64,000 nucleotides of DNA from Pseudogymnoascus verrucosus. Taxonomy: Eukaryota. A model generated the notes under the pieces. The model made no database searches, was not told where the DNA came from, and was given only the letters and a program-made list of their open reading frames with translations. The stretch lies in NCBI GenBank assembly GCA_001662655.1, contig KV460206.1; one strand, given 5' to 3'. The translations under genes and the position numbers were made by a program. Every line of letters begins with the position of its first letter. Positions within the stretch are counted from its first letter, which is position 1. Shown in pieces: positions 49,372-61,302 of the stretch.

Positions 49372-52300
49372 CGCGGTGGGCGGGGATGCATAGATTCGTG
49401 TTTCAGTTCAGGCCGTGAGTAGCAGACTAGAAAACTAGTGCAGGTTGTGCTCGTCTCCTGCTCCGTCTGATGTTTGCCACTGTTCTGAATATTGGCCGTA
49501 AGAGAAGGCTGACGTTCAGCCGACATCTTATCTTTGACGAGGCTGGGGTGGGCTGGGAATTATTTCGGGCACGTGACTGGAAAGGCTGAAGATGGCGGTT
49601 GACAGGTGTTGATATTGACACGGGGTGCTTCTTTCCAAGTCCATTGTAGCCTCGGCAAACATAACGGACTTTCTATTATGAAGCATTATGAATTATCTGC
49701 TGTATTAGAAGTTGCGAGAGGCGTATCCGGCCATGTCTATACCAGGAATAATATTTAATATTTTTCATAATAATAGCGAACTCCACCGGCGATATACCAA
49801 AAGCCAACCCCTACCACGTTCAAGCCTCCTTACCATAATATCGCCGCAGACCCGCTCTCTACTCGACTCGATATTCTGGTCTTCATGTAGAGTACATAGC
49901 GAGTACTACAAGATAAATAATGTATATAATATATAAAATAATAAAACAATAATAATAATAATAATATAATATAACAATATAGAAACGCGGAATAACTAAC
50001 ACGGGTAGTTCAATGTACTGTCTCGTTCTTTACCACCGTACTCTACCGTACTCTACTTTCACATCCGCCGTACCTTTTTTCATTTCATCTATCTTGTGTA
50101 ACGGCACCCCCCCTCCGCGATCTAATCCATCCGATCCCTTCCCCCTGTTACCATGTTCCTTCCCATGATCATGATCCTTACCATGTTCCCTCGATCCCAT
50201 GTTCCCCCTCGGTCCCTTGTTCGCATATTTCCATGCCTCTTTCATTGCTATCCATGTTCCTTCCTTGTTCCTTTCCCCAAAACTCATATCTCGCCTTCCT
50301 CAGCCGCTCAGGGACGGGTTAATACGACAGATGGACGGACAGTGGCGGTGTGTGGGGGTCTGTCCTCCTCCTCCTGCTCCTCCTAGGGGCCCCTGGGCCC
50401 CTACAACTCTCCCCTACACACTTTCAATCCTCCGCATATCATGCCACGTTATGTCCATCTGCCGCATTTCCTTCGCCGCCGACTCTCCGCATCTTCTCCA
50501 CGCCGTCACATTTATCCATAGCATTACCCGCTGCGGCTCTGGATGATACCACAGTACTGTACATACAGATACACACTGTTTTCAGTAACTACAATATCAC
50601 TTCCAACAGCTGTTCTTCTCTCATTTTCCTCTCTTTTGGTCTCTCCAGCACCGCTCTCTGCCGGTCCAGAAAGCCCACATCCTGCGCTATGATCCTCATT
50701 TTACACATCCCTACCCCCCGCATAACCGTGCGGCCGAGGAGGCTTGTCGGTCTCTTCCTCCTCGCCATACTCCGGACCAAAACAGGCATCTTGACGTGAT
50801 TTCCGGCCTAGAAGGTACCTTCTTGTATCAAAAATCCCTCGCACGTTCCAGCTGCGCGCTAGACAGCGCTACGCTCATCCCCCTTCGAGCATTATAGCGT
50901 GGCAATCGCGATCGTCGAAGGGAAGCCAATCCCTCCGGGCCACAAAGCCGACCACGCCCCATCTACTGCGCCCTACCACCACTATAACGCCGCATCCCTC
51001 CCAGTGCAGTGCAAGTGCAGTGCATCCCCATCCATGCATCCCTTCCCCTTCCAAGATCCCTCCCCCGTCCAGCATCCAGCACCCACGCAGCACGCCCAGG
51101 CCACCACGCACGATGCATCTCCCAATCTCCCACTCTCCTACCTCCTTCCTCCTTGTCGCCTCGCCTGCCCGCGTCCTCCCACCTCTCCCCCCAAACCGCT
51201 TCCTCCGAACCACCCCATCCCATATCCCACGCCCGCTATCGGCCCCCCCACCCCTCTGGCCCTGTCTAGCTTCTCCCGCGCGATTCGGGATCTCTCGCCT
51301 GGCTGCGCACCCCCAGCTAGCCCAGGGCACGTACGTCTGCGCTGCAGCACGTGCTGCCACTACTGACACTACCACCACTACCAAGACTAGCACTACTAAC
51401 ACTTACTCACACTACCACGCTGCAGCATCAGCGGAGACTCCGTCTGGACACGCATCGCAGCGCGGACACGACACTAGATGCTACTACTGGCTGAGACACG
51501 AACCGCCGCGGCGCACCGCCCACGCGATCGCCCTCCACCGGTCGTGGCACGGCCCGGTATGCTGTGCGTCCGCGCGCGGGATGTGCGTGCGCGCGGGTTG
51601 TAACGGGGTGGAGATGCGATGTGGTGCGCTGGGCGCTGGGCGCGCGAGCATTGCATACGGATGGAAGCGGATTGGGGAGTACGACGGACGGGGTTGGCGA
51701 GTAGGTAGGTATGGGAGGCTGGCTGAGGAGAGAAAGGAAAGGGAGGGGGGATGATGCACGGCGGCGGTGTGTGTGACGTCCGAGGTGCATTGCCTGGGAA
51801 TTCTGCGTGTCACGAGAAAATAAAAAATTATTTTCTCTGTCGGAGCTGAGCTGAGCTGAGCTGTTGTTATGTTATGGTGTTCCATCGGCCTTCCATGGGC
51901 CAGGGGTCGTCGGTTGCAGATCATCTCACGTCGTTTCATTGACCGAAGGCGCGCTGCGGTTTTTTGTGGCTTGCGCCGAGTGTCCAGGGGGAGTTTGTTT
52001 CAGAGATTCAAGCATCTCGAGAGGAGATATTATTCATAATGAACTCGAGCTAAATTAATATAATCCCCGCCCAAAAAAAATCCATGCGTAAGCTAGCTAT
52101 CTAGAAGGTAAGAACATGCTTTCAATTCGCTCAATATTAGACAAGCTCCCCCGCCGTCATGCAGGATAGGGGGAGGCCAAATGCTGCAAAATCCGCTTTT
52201 TTGGAAACACATATAGTTCGAACAAATAATAATAACTACGGCCGCTAAGGAAGCGGTCCGTCGCGCGTCAAGGTCCATAATAGTTCATAAAAATAGTCCA

Positions 52301-52658
52301 GAGCCAATCATCGTAGGACCACAGACGGCCAAAAAATCTGGCCTCATTGGAAGGCCCCAGCCAGAACGACAAAAGGTTTTCCGATGAGGAGGGGACCGGG
52401 TGATCACAATTTGGGTCGGCGGTAGTAGTAGTAAAAACACAAACGCAGAATGCCGCCCAAAAATATCAAATATAACTTTTTTCGAGGCCAGACTTGTGGT
52501 GTGTGGCCCTTTTTTCCCCTCCCCCCCTTCCCGCGAAGCGGTGCTGTGGTTCCCGCTGAATTTTTTTTGGCCGTCGAATTACGCAAATGGGCGCTCCAGA
52601 GATTAATCGGGGAGGCTTAGGCAAAACAAGCGCAGCGAATCTGAGTTGACTGCGTGAG

Positions 52659-54278
52659 TCAGAGGTCGTCGAATCCTAGTAATAGAGGTTCTTTTTCCGA
52701 GAATGTCGATGTTTTTGACAGTCGGAGTCCGCTGGGGACACGGGAGATCAGTACCTCGTCTTTGTAGCGGACGAGGGATTGCGTTCCAGGCATGGGGTTT
52801 ATCATGACTTCGGCAGGCACTGCCGTCGGTTGCATGCGCTCGCTGTTGTCAATATCGCCATCTGGTCGATTGCCCCATGATGTCTGTAGATTCCCGTTAG
52901 TCCCAAGTTTCACAGCCCTTACAGGATCGACGTACCTCGTTCCATGTCCACAGAGCCTTCAATTTAATGAATCCGTGGAGGAAGCCGAATACGACTGAGA
53001 CTGGCACATAAATGATATCGGAAGGATGACGACGAAGTAAGCCTGTAAGCTTGACGAGTTTGGTGAAAATATACCAGGCGATCACCAGGCTCCATCCGGT
53101 CCATGCTGAGGCCTGCTCCCAATTCCGAGAAGCGCAGTAAAAGGAGTAGAAGTATAGCGGGTCGGTTATGAGACCTAAAGACGTGAACGTTGCGAAGTAT
53201 AGCGCGTATATAGTCCACCATTGGCCCCTAATTTGGCGTTAATTATGACTTCTCCATCGCCAATATGACCACTTACCAGTAAACCTTCCTGTCGATAAAC
53301 AACGTTGTGTAGTTGCTTCGCCAATTACTCCTCGCCCATCTCAAGCACTGCCTCACAAAAGACCAGTCATTCTCCAGGGTCGTCTCAATCTCGCACTCGC
53401 GCTCGTATTGAATCCACGTCTTCCAGTCGTGGTTGACCAGCCATCTCGTCAAGAAATTATCATCATCAGCATTCAGCTGGTATTTCCCCCATCTCTCCTT
53501 ACAGAACCCATCCAAAAATAGCGGATGCTTGAGAATCTCGGTGCGAACAGCGTTGGTCCTGCCAGACATGCACGAAGTTCCACCATCGTAGAAGTGAGAA
53601 GCCGAGATCTCAAAGTTGCGTCGATGAATGTAGCAAGCCCCTAGCCAATTCCAGGCACGGGTTGCGAGATCCCCGGTACGAACCCGCTGCACACGCTGGC
53701 ATACGCCCACAGATCCCATGTCCTCCCTCTCGAACGGCGCCAGAAGCCATGGAAGAATGGTTGTTGGCCACGTGACGTCGTCATCTACCAGGACAGTGAT
53801 GCGAGTGGTGACTCGAGGGATAGCTTCTCGTAGCTGGACTCTCTTGTTGGCGATTTTTGTATCGTAGACCTTGATACGTGGATCCGCGAAGGAGGCAGCG
53901 AACTGGAGGAGGCCATGATACTTGCCGAAGGTGGTGACGAGGATCAGCTCGTGGGGGTCACAGGCAAGAATGCTGGAGATTGGTCCGCGAAGCTCTTCGA
54001 GATTGCTCTCTATCGTAGGGATGACTACCGTTACATCTTCCTTGGTGTATGTGGGGTTCTGAGGTTTCGGTATCGATCTGTACAAGCAGTGACCGATAAT
54101 ATTAACGATCAGACGTACATATCGATAAGGCCTTGTTTTCTGGTCAATAAACTGGAACGGGAAATACAAGATGGCTGATAGATAAGCTCATCTCGATCTA
54201 GATATCGACTTACCAAAATAGGAGGATATACCATTCCCAGAATGTCAAATTTTTGAGAAATTCGGTCACGTGCATCAT
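52659..54278 (-). CDS. cps1: GT2 polysaccharide synthase, Cps1/CpsA-type
   Basis: MMHVTEFLKNLTFWEWYILLFW|PYRYVRLIV, VTVVIPTI, VDDDVTW (DxD), CMSGRT, ADDDNFLTRW, QCLRWARS (QxxRW), TM helices, TSWGNR. Three introns. Confidence 0.9.
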
Positions 54279-57200
54279 ATATATTTGGAAGAAGATGCCC
54301 AATTAGAAAAATGTCCACGCCCTTGGCTGGGACAAAAGCGGGAAGATGACGTCTGGCAAACAGGGTAGCAGCAGTCGAGGGGCCACGGAAGACAGTCGAT
54401 TGGTGGTGTGGATTGTGTAGTGAACGTGTGTGGATGGCTCTTGGATGTCTGAGAAAGTCTGCAGCAGCAGGAGGTTTCAAAACGAAGCACGCCTGGGAGA
54501 GAAGTTGCAGTGAAAGCAATTTGAAGTCTTGTTTTTGGCACTTATATTGAAAGCTCTGCAATCAAAGCGCGAATAAGAAGGTTCAGAATGATTCAGCGGA
54601 ATGATTCACCGAGGTGCAACCCAGAATTGCTCCTGCTCCTCAGGATGGCTCACTCTCTCTCTGCAAGTCGGGAGAACGCGGAATCCAAGCTCTTTTCCAG
54701 CCTGGAGTGTGTATTGTGTATTACGCAGTGGCAGGTATACTGATAACTGACGAATACTGACGCTTTCAAGATAACAGAGGACAAGGAAATCGTAGCGACA
54801 TTGACCATTGACCATAAACCACAATCTGCATCCAAACGACCGTGTATATTTTTCCGTGTTTTGCTGTTTTCTGTTTTTCTGTTTCCAAGGTTGTGACACG
54901 AAGAGACTGACTGATATTAGGAAACGCCCCCAAAGTATATTTAACAAGACATCTTCAAAGAAGGAAAGGGGGAAGAAGAGGGGAGAGGAAAGATTGGGGA
55001 TGAGGCGGGAAGTAGCAAGACTATATAGTAGATGTGGAGGAGCGTGGTGGGAGGGAGCGCGGGAGTGGGAGTGGGAGGGAAGGAGCGCGTAGTAGTGGAT
55101 GGAGGGATGTATAGACGGGGGTCAATAACGGCAGAGGGTCACCGAGCCGACGGTAATGGCCGCATAGCATGGCAAGGGCATGGCAAGGCAAAGTTACATG
55201 GAGTGGAGGAGACGAGACCAGAGGGAATAAAACGACGTGTCATGTCAACTGGTAGCGGCTATGGCTTGAGAGAAAAGAGTAGTTGCTCCATGCGGGTAGA
55301 CCCAGTAGTGGAAGTAGGATAGTCCCACAGAAAAGAATGGCGAATATTCGGAAAATTAGGGTATTAATAGAGCCAAGAGGGTAACGGCGATGGGGGGGTA
55401 AGGCCTGGGGGGGGTAGAGGTAGGGGAGGGAGGGATGGGGGGGGGTGGAGGGGGGGAGGGGGATAGCAGTGTAGGGCGGGAGAGCATGGAGGAGACATGG
55501 GGGAGGGGGGGTTCAAAGAAGAAGCTTGGGCAAAAGTGGAGAGCTTCAATAAGTGGGGAGAGGTATAAGAGGGAGAGACGAGTCGATACTGTGCGACGTT
55601 GAGGATAGTGGAGAGTGGATATATGTCGAGTAGCAAGATAGTGGATAGTGGTGGGCGCGTCGAGGGGAGGGGGGGAGGGAGGAGGGGCAGTTTGAAGAGC
55701 CGTAAGAGGATCAGAGGTTGGAGGGGGGAAATAAAACCCACAGATAACACGAAATCAATCGAAACACCATCAACGCCACAATAGAACGGTCTAGTGGGAG
55801 GGGGAGTCGAGGTTGAGTAATTCCACAAGAATGTGTCGAGAAGGGGTTAAGCTTCTGAACCCCATGGCCAACCCAGAGCAGGCCATAGCAAGCCTTAGAC
55901 ATGGCATCGCATCCCATACGGTGCCATAACAAGCCATAAACAGCCAAATGGGCGGCACTAGCTGGGGGAGGATAAAATGGGACAATTAGGGACATTAGAG
56001 ACAACAGAGACATTGGAGAGAATAGAGACATTAGAGACATTTTTTACAAGGAGCAGGGAGTAAAATGGAGCAACGGAGCAAGGATATAGCGAACAAGGAC
56101 AGGGAATAGGGAATGCGGACAAGGAGTTAGGAGGAGGGGAGGGCCGGTTGAGGTGTGGTGGTGTGGTGTGGAGTGGTTCGATATGCACACAACACATGCG
56201 ATATGCAAGTGTGTGTGTTGTACTTTTGAAGTAGAGTACAGTACAGAACAGTTAGTTAGTTAGTTAGTTAATTAGTTACAGTTGGTGGCGGGCAAGCCGC
56301 GGGTCTATAACGGGCTGACTAGGAGGAGACATTAACCAAGGGCTACAGGGCTCTACTACAGGGCTATTACAGTACATACAATCTGTCCGCCGGTTACTGG
56401 TGTCCGGTTACTGTATGTGTATGTGAATGTGTTAGTGAGCGTGTTAGTGAATGTGTTAGTGAATGTGTATGTGCATAAAAATGCGGAATAACACAAATAC
56501 AGTAAGACATAATAGAGAGCGGGTGATACGATCGATGCGAGTTTGAAGTCTGTTTATGCGTGCTGTATGTATGTTGATGTCTGTTTATGTCCGTAGATGC
56601 GTGTGCGTTAATGCGTGCTGATAGAAGTGCCATATTGCCATATTGCCTTGCCATAGCGAGCAGCATGCAGTGTCTCGCCGGCACGTCTTTCTCACATCCC
56701 TACGGCCTCGTGTACGTCGTATGGGAAGCGGAAGGAACGAACGGAATGTCGTGGATGGATGGAGCGAAAAAAGAAAGATGGCGGCGGCTGTCTCGGGGAA
56801 TGGGATGGGCGATTGGCGATGGATGGACGATGCTGGGATCGGGAATGTTGCATGTAGCCTCGGAGTACCGATTCTGCAGCATGGTAGGCGAGATGATGCA
56901 GCCGAGGGTACTTGGGAAGTACAGCGTAATACCCGCATCCCAGACGTGGTCACCGAGAAGAACGAGACGACTAAGACGACGACTAAGACGACGACTAAGA
57001 CGACTAGGGAATAATAAGGGAATAGGTAGGGAATAACAGCAATAACACAACTATCCAAGAAACTATCCAAGGAAACTACTATACTAACCCGCTGCAACGA
57101 ACTGAATGTATGAGTGAACGTGGAGATGGGATGATGAGATGAACGATGGATGATGCACATACTAGAAGTTACTACATGGGGTTCGCGGACGATGCTGGGG

Positions 57201-58204
57201 TTGATTTCTACAAAGTATTAGATAGTACAGGTACTCTACTCTACTCTACTTCCGCTGATGGTCTAGTAAACGTCTAGCACGTCTTGGGCAGTACTTACCT
57301 CCTACTTACCCTCTACTCCAGCCTGCTCCAGTCGTCTACTCCAGTCATCCGCAGTCCACGCCGATCGAGACAGTCTGTGGCAGTGGTTGGCAGTGGTTCG
57401 TAGTGGTTGGCAGTGGTTGGTTGTGTGTTTGGTAGTGGCTTCGTAGTGGCTGGGTACGTGTGATACGCGGTTGGCAGCGTTGGATGGCAGGTTGGCACGA
57501 TGTTGGCTCTAGACCACACGCGTTGCTTACACGCGCCGAGAGAGGCTATAGAGAGATGCACGGGATCGAGGAGAGGGATGGATCGAGGGCTAATGCCGGA
57601 CATGACAAGCCGTGCAGTGCAGGTAGAAACAGAAGGGCGGGACAGAGGTGCGTGATCGTGATCGTGATTGTAATCGTGATGTGTGGATTGTGATGTGATG
57701 GCTAGACGGGAAACTCGAGCCGGACTTCGAAGGGACCAACCGGCGGATATTTTGTCTCGGCGGTTGTTTGTTTGGCAGGTTGCTGTTGGCAGTTGGTCGT
57801 GTGGTTTGTGTGAGTGGTTTGTATAGGATGTGTTCACTCTGGTGCATCTGTGTGTGTGGGTTTAGTGACTTTAAGCGGCTTCTCGGTGGAGTTTGCATTG
57901 CAGTAGTTACAGGTCTCTAGTGCTTTCGAGGGTTTTGTTCGTCCGCTTGGTGTGCGGCGTGTCTGTGTGTCTCGGCGAGGCGTTCCAGGGCCGACGTCGA
58001 CGCGTAGATCATTGATATTGGCTGTTGATGACTGATAGATCGTGGGTTGATTAGTTGCCGTACTCTCTATATGTGTCCTACTCTAGTCCGTCCGTCCGTC
58101 CAGTCAGTCTGCACCATAACATACCTGTGTGAGGCAGATTGTATAAAGTGCTATAGCCCAGTTTTCGAGTATTTCCAGTACTGTATCTCCACCTCTCCAC
58201 CACA

Positions 58205-58312
58205 GTTTTTGTATCGGCACAGTAGCAAGCTTCTCTCCACCAGTTTTCGCATCGGCACAGTAGCACCTTCTCTCCCCCACTGCTCTTGTATCGGCACAGT
58301 AGCACCTTCTTC
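58205..58312. repeat. Minisatellite: three copies, 38-39 bp period
   Basis: Core ATCGGCACAGTAGCA at 58213, 58251 and 58290 with related pyrimidine-rich spacers. Confidence 0.9.
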
Positions 58313-60090
58313 TCTGCCAACTAAACAACACGCACACTGTACTATGTGGTAACTCTACTCCGTCCCTCCGTCCCTTAGTAAGAAATAGCCAAGAATGCCT
58401 GCACGACATTGGTCCGTAGGGGTTAACTTGCTTTAGATTAACGGCCGCCCCTCCTAATCTCTTGCGCTTACAAGCGCCACTAGCGGATCAACCCACACCC
58501 CCCTCCCCTCCCTCCCCCACCCCCCCTACCCCCCTCGCTCATCAATCAAATCCCCTTCTTCTTCCCTAGCTAGCCAAGCCCCGTTTCTCTCACGCCTCCT
58601 CTCCACGCCTCCACGCCTATCCACGCCATCTCACGCCCCTCTCACGCCCCTCACACGTATCCCCATATCTGTCCGAGGTCCGGACCGTCTCCTGCACGCC
58701 GCTGTATGGGGAAGGGCCCGTCGCCGGAGTAAGAATACTACTGCTCTTACTGCTTGCTTACGGCGGTAGTAGTAGTAGTAGGATAGTAGTAGCAAGTAGT
58801 AGCAGTAGTGGCAGGAGTAGCGGTAGAGTATCGGCCTTGTTCTTCGCTCTTTCTCGCTTGGCTATCTATCTCGTCTCTTCTCTTCTCTTTCAGCTATTCC
58901 ACTCATTCCACTAATTCCACTTATGCCACCCGCTCTACGCCGTACTTGCGCCTTCCAACGCATCCCCGTATCCCACACCCACTCACCCTGCCTGCCTTGC
59001 CCGTGCTACTGCCTCCTCTCACATGAACGAACGGCCGCTAAGCCTGGAATCTCCAATCGCATCACCCATGGCTCTGCCTATTTAATCCACTCGCCTCCCG
59101 CCAGAATCCTCAATCCCCAAAAATCAAGTTATTCGTCGTTGTTGTTACACTGCCTGCCGTCAGCAGAGCGAGTCGTTATCCGGCTATGGCTATGGCTATG
59201 GGGACATTATTCCGTCCCAGTCATCATCCTTTCCAGTCATCATGCTTCCTGCAGACAATAGTGCAGACGATATTTTCGATATATCGATAATGGAAGGGAT
59301 GGCAATCCAGGGCCGTCGATAGCCTGGGATGGCGGATGGGACTGTCGTGCTATATATATCACGCACACACACACAATATTCCTCCCCCCGCCCCAACTTC
59401 AATATACTATACTCCACACAACCACCAACGGCCTTCGTATGGTGCAATCAATCAATCAATATATATCCACGATTGCCGCCTAAAAAAGAATTAGCCCCGC
59501 GAATTGTAAAATGGAGATGGAAATGGAATGCAAACTGTCCAGTACTCTACTCATAAAATATTCTGGCTGGGCACACTTCAAACTTCAGCATGTGCTGTGT
59601 CCTGTATGCTGTGCTCCGGCGAGGCAGAGACACCAATATGCACAATCAGTACGTACACCCCCCTCCGTTGGCCCAGAATAAGCCCAAATCTGGCCGAAGC
59701 TCCCCATAGCCACCAAGGTCCTGTCAGTCTAGCTTTATCCAGCCTAGGTGGGAGCCGCACTCAGCCTCGGGCTAATCGACTGCTATGATGACGCTGAGAT
59801 GTGGCATAACAACACCACCACTGCCCCAATGACTACGCAACTCGTACGATCCTTCGCCCATACACTTGCTTCCTTCTCGCCGGTAGCGAGTCCCTTAATG
59901 CTTCTCCCACGCTCCGAGTAATTGAAGTGCCCCATGCCTATCCCGCTTCTTCCGTTACAGATGCCCCAGAGAGCGCGACATCTTCCTCGAGGATCTTGGT
60001 GACTCTGATGTGACGTTGTGAAGCCGTTGCCCGAACCGAAAACGCCCGATTGCCCATAGAGCGCAACGAGAAATCAACCCCGCGGCCGGC

Positions 60091-61302
60091 ATGATGAGCT
60101 TCTCGCTCCCGGCGGATGGGACGCGGAGTTCGGCGACGGCGGCATTGCCGGGCTCCAAGTCCCCTGCCCTCACGATCGACGCGATTGCAAAGGCGGGGAG
60201 GCCGAATAAGGTTATTCGTAAACTGGGGCGGCCGCACGAGAAGAGCCTCATAAAGAATAGTTTGGACTTGGACCGGCCGAGCGTGGACCTGGGGGTCTAT
60301 TATACTACCAGCAGGAGCAGCTATGATGCCGGCTCAGCGTCGCACAGCTTGGCGGATTTGACATGGAATTCGAGCTCGGCGAGGGGCGGCAGGAGGCCGT
60401 ATCACCATAGGAGTGTGAGCGGCACGAGCCAGTTCTCATCCCGGACGTCGGGGAGTTATAACAGGAATGGCGGTTTTCAGCATCCGTGGCAGCAGACGCC
60501 GAGGCCGTACACGCCGCCGGGGGCGGCGAGCTATCAAGATAGCATTGGGAGTGAGATGGAGAGGAATAGGATGTCGTTCGCAGACGAAGAGCAGTTGGGT
60601 GTTCGGTCGGGGAGTACATTGTCAAATTACAATGTTGGGGGAACGCTTAACCCCCTTGTACCAGAAGTTACAGTACTTGACGCCAAACCAGGCGAGAGTT
60701 TATCACTTACCATCAACACCGACTCCTTGTCAACTCTACTCCGAGACTCAAACCTTCCTCTGTTGAACACAGACTCTTCCAAATCACCTGAATCAAACCT
60801 TGAATCCACAGAAGAAACTTCACCTTCAAGCAGCCGCGAAAGTATGGAGCATATTCGCAACATGCGCGCCGAGGGCGGCATCTTCGAGAAGAAGAAACCC
60901 CTCAATGAACTTGAGGTCCTGCGCGAGGCCCGCCGCCGCTTTGAGGAGAAGGAGGCCCTCAAGATCGAGCGTGCCGACCGTGCCCACGTGAGAGCCCTGG
61001 AGAAGAAGAACCTCAAGGAGGCCCTCAAGGCTGAGGCCGAGAATCGTAAGGCCGCCGCCGAGGCTGCGGACAAGGAGAAGTATGGACCTGACGCCTTGCA
61101 ACCTCCCATGACGATGGAAGATTTCCTGAACTCCAACTACGAGGAGGTCGTCAGCGAGGAAGGTCGCCGCAAGAAGTATGCAAAGCGTGCCGCGCGCCAG
61201 AACAGCACGACCTATGTTGCAAAGCACAAGGCTCAGAACGCATGGATGAGCTTCATGATCTGGTTCCGCACCAGACTTCTCAAGATCAGCAGGAAGTTTT
61301 AA
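60091..61302 (+). CDS. Hypothetical protein: Ser-rich, with a coiled coil and an amphipathic C-terminal helix
   Basis: 403-aa intronless ORF with strong codon bias in the 3' third. HHRSVSGTSQFS, HPWQQTPRPYTPP, AWMSFMIWFRTRLLK. Confidence 0.8.
   Translation: MMSFSLPADGTRSSATAALPGSKSPALTIDAIAKAGRPNKVIRKLGRPHEKSLIKNSLDLDRPSVDLGVYYTTSRSSYDAGSASHSLADLTWNSSSARGGRRPYHHRSVSGTSQFSSRTSGSYNRNGGFQHPWQQTPRPYTPPGAASYQDSIGSEMERNRMSFADEEQLGVRSGSTLSNYNVGGTLNPLVPEVTVLDAKPGESLSLTINTDSLSTLLRDSNLPLLNTDSSKSPESNLESTEETSPSSSRESMEHIRNMRAEGGIFEKKKPLNELEVLREARRRFEEKEALKIERADRAHVRALEKKNLKEALKAEAENRKAAAEAADKEKYGPDALQPPMTMEDFLNSNYEEVVSEEGRRKKYAKRAARQNSTTYVAKHKAQNAWMSFMIWFRTRLLKISRKF

Noticed and set aside
49372..52658. 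ORFs of 60-244 aa between SWD1 and cps1 (e.g. 50030-50287, 51020-51754)
   Set aside because: Low-complexity, strand-skewed sequence with no recognisable domain or consistent exon chain. A small gene cannot be fully excluded.
58205..58312. CRISPR-like repeat-spacer appearance
   Set aside because: Eukaryotic context, only three 15-bp cores, spacers resemble each other, no cas genes.
54279..60090. Numerous short ORFs and simple repeats (gacgactaa, gacattaga, agt runs)
   Set aside because: Explained by microsatellite-rich non-coding DNA; no coding signature.
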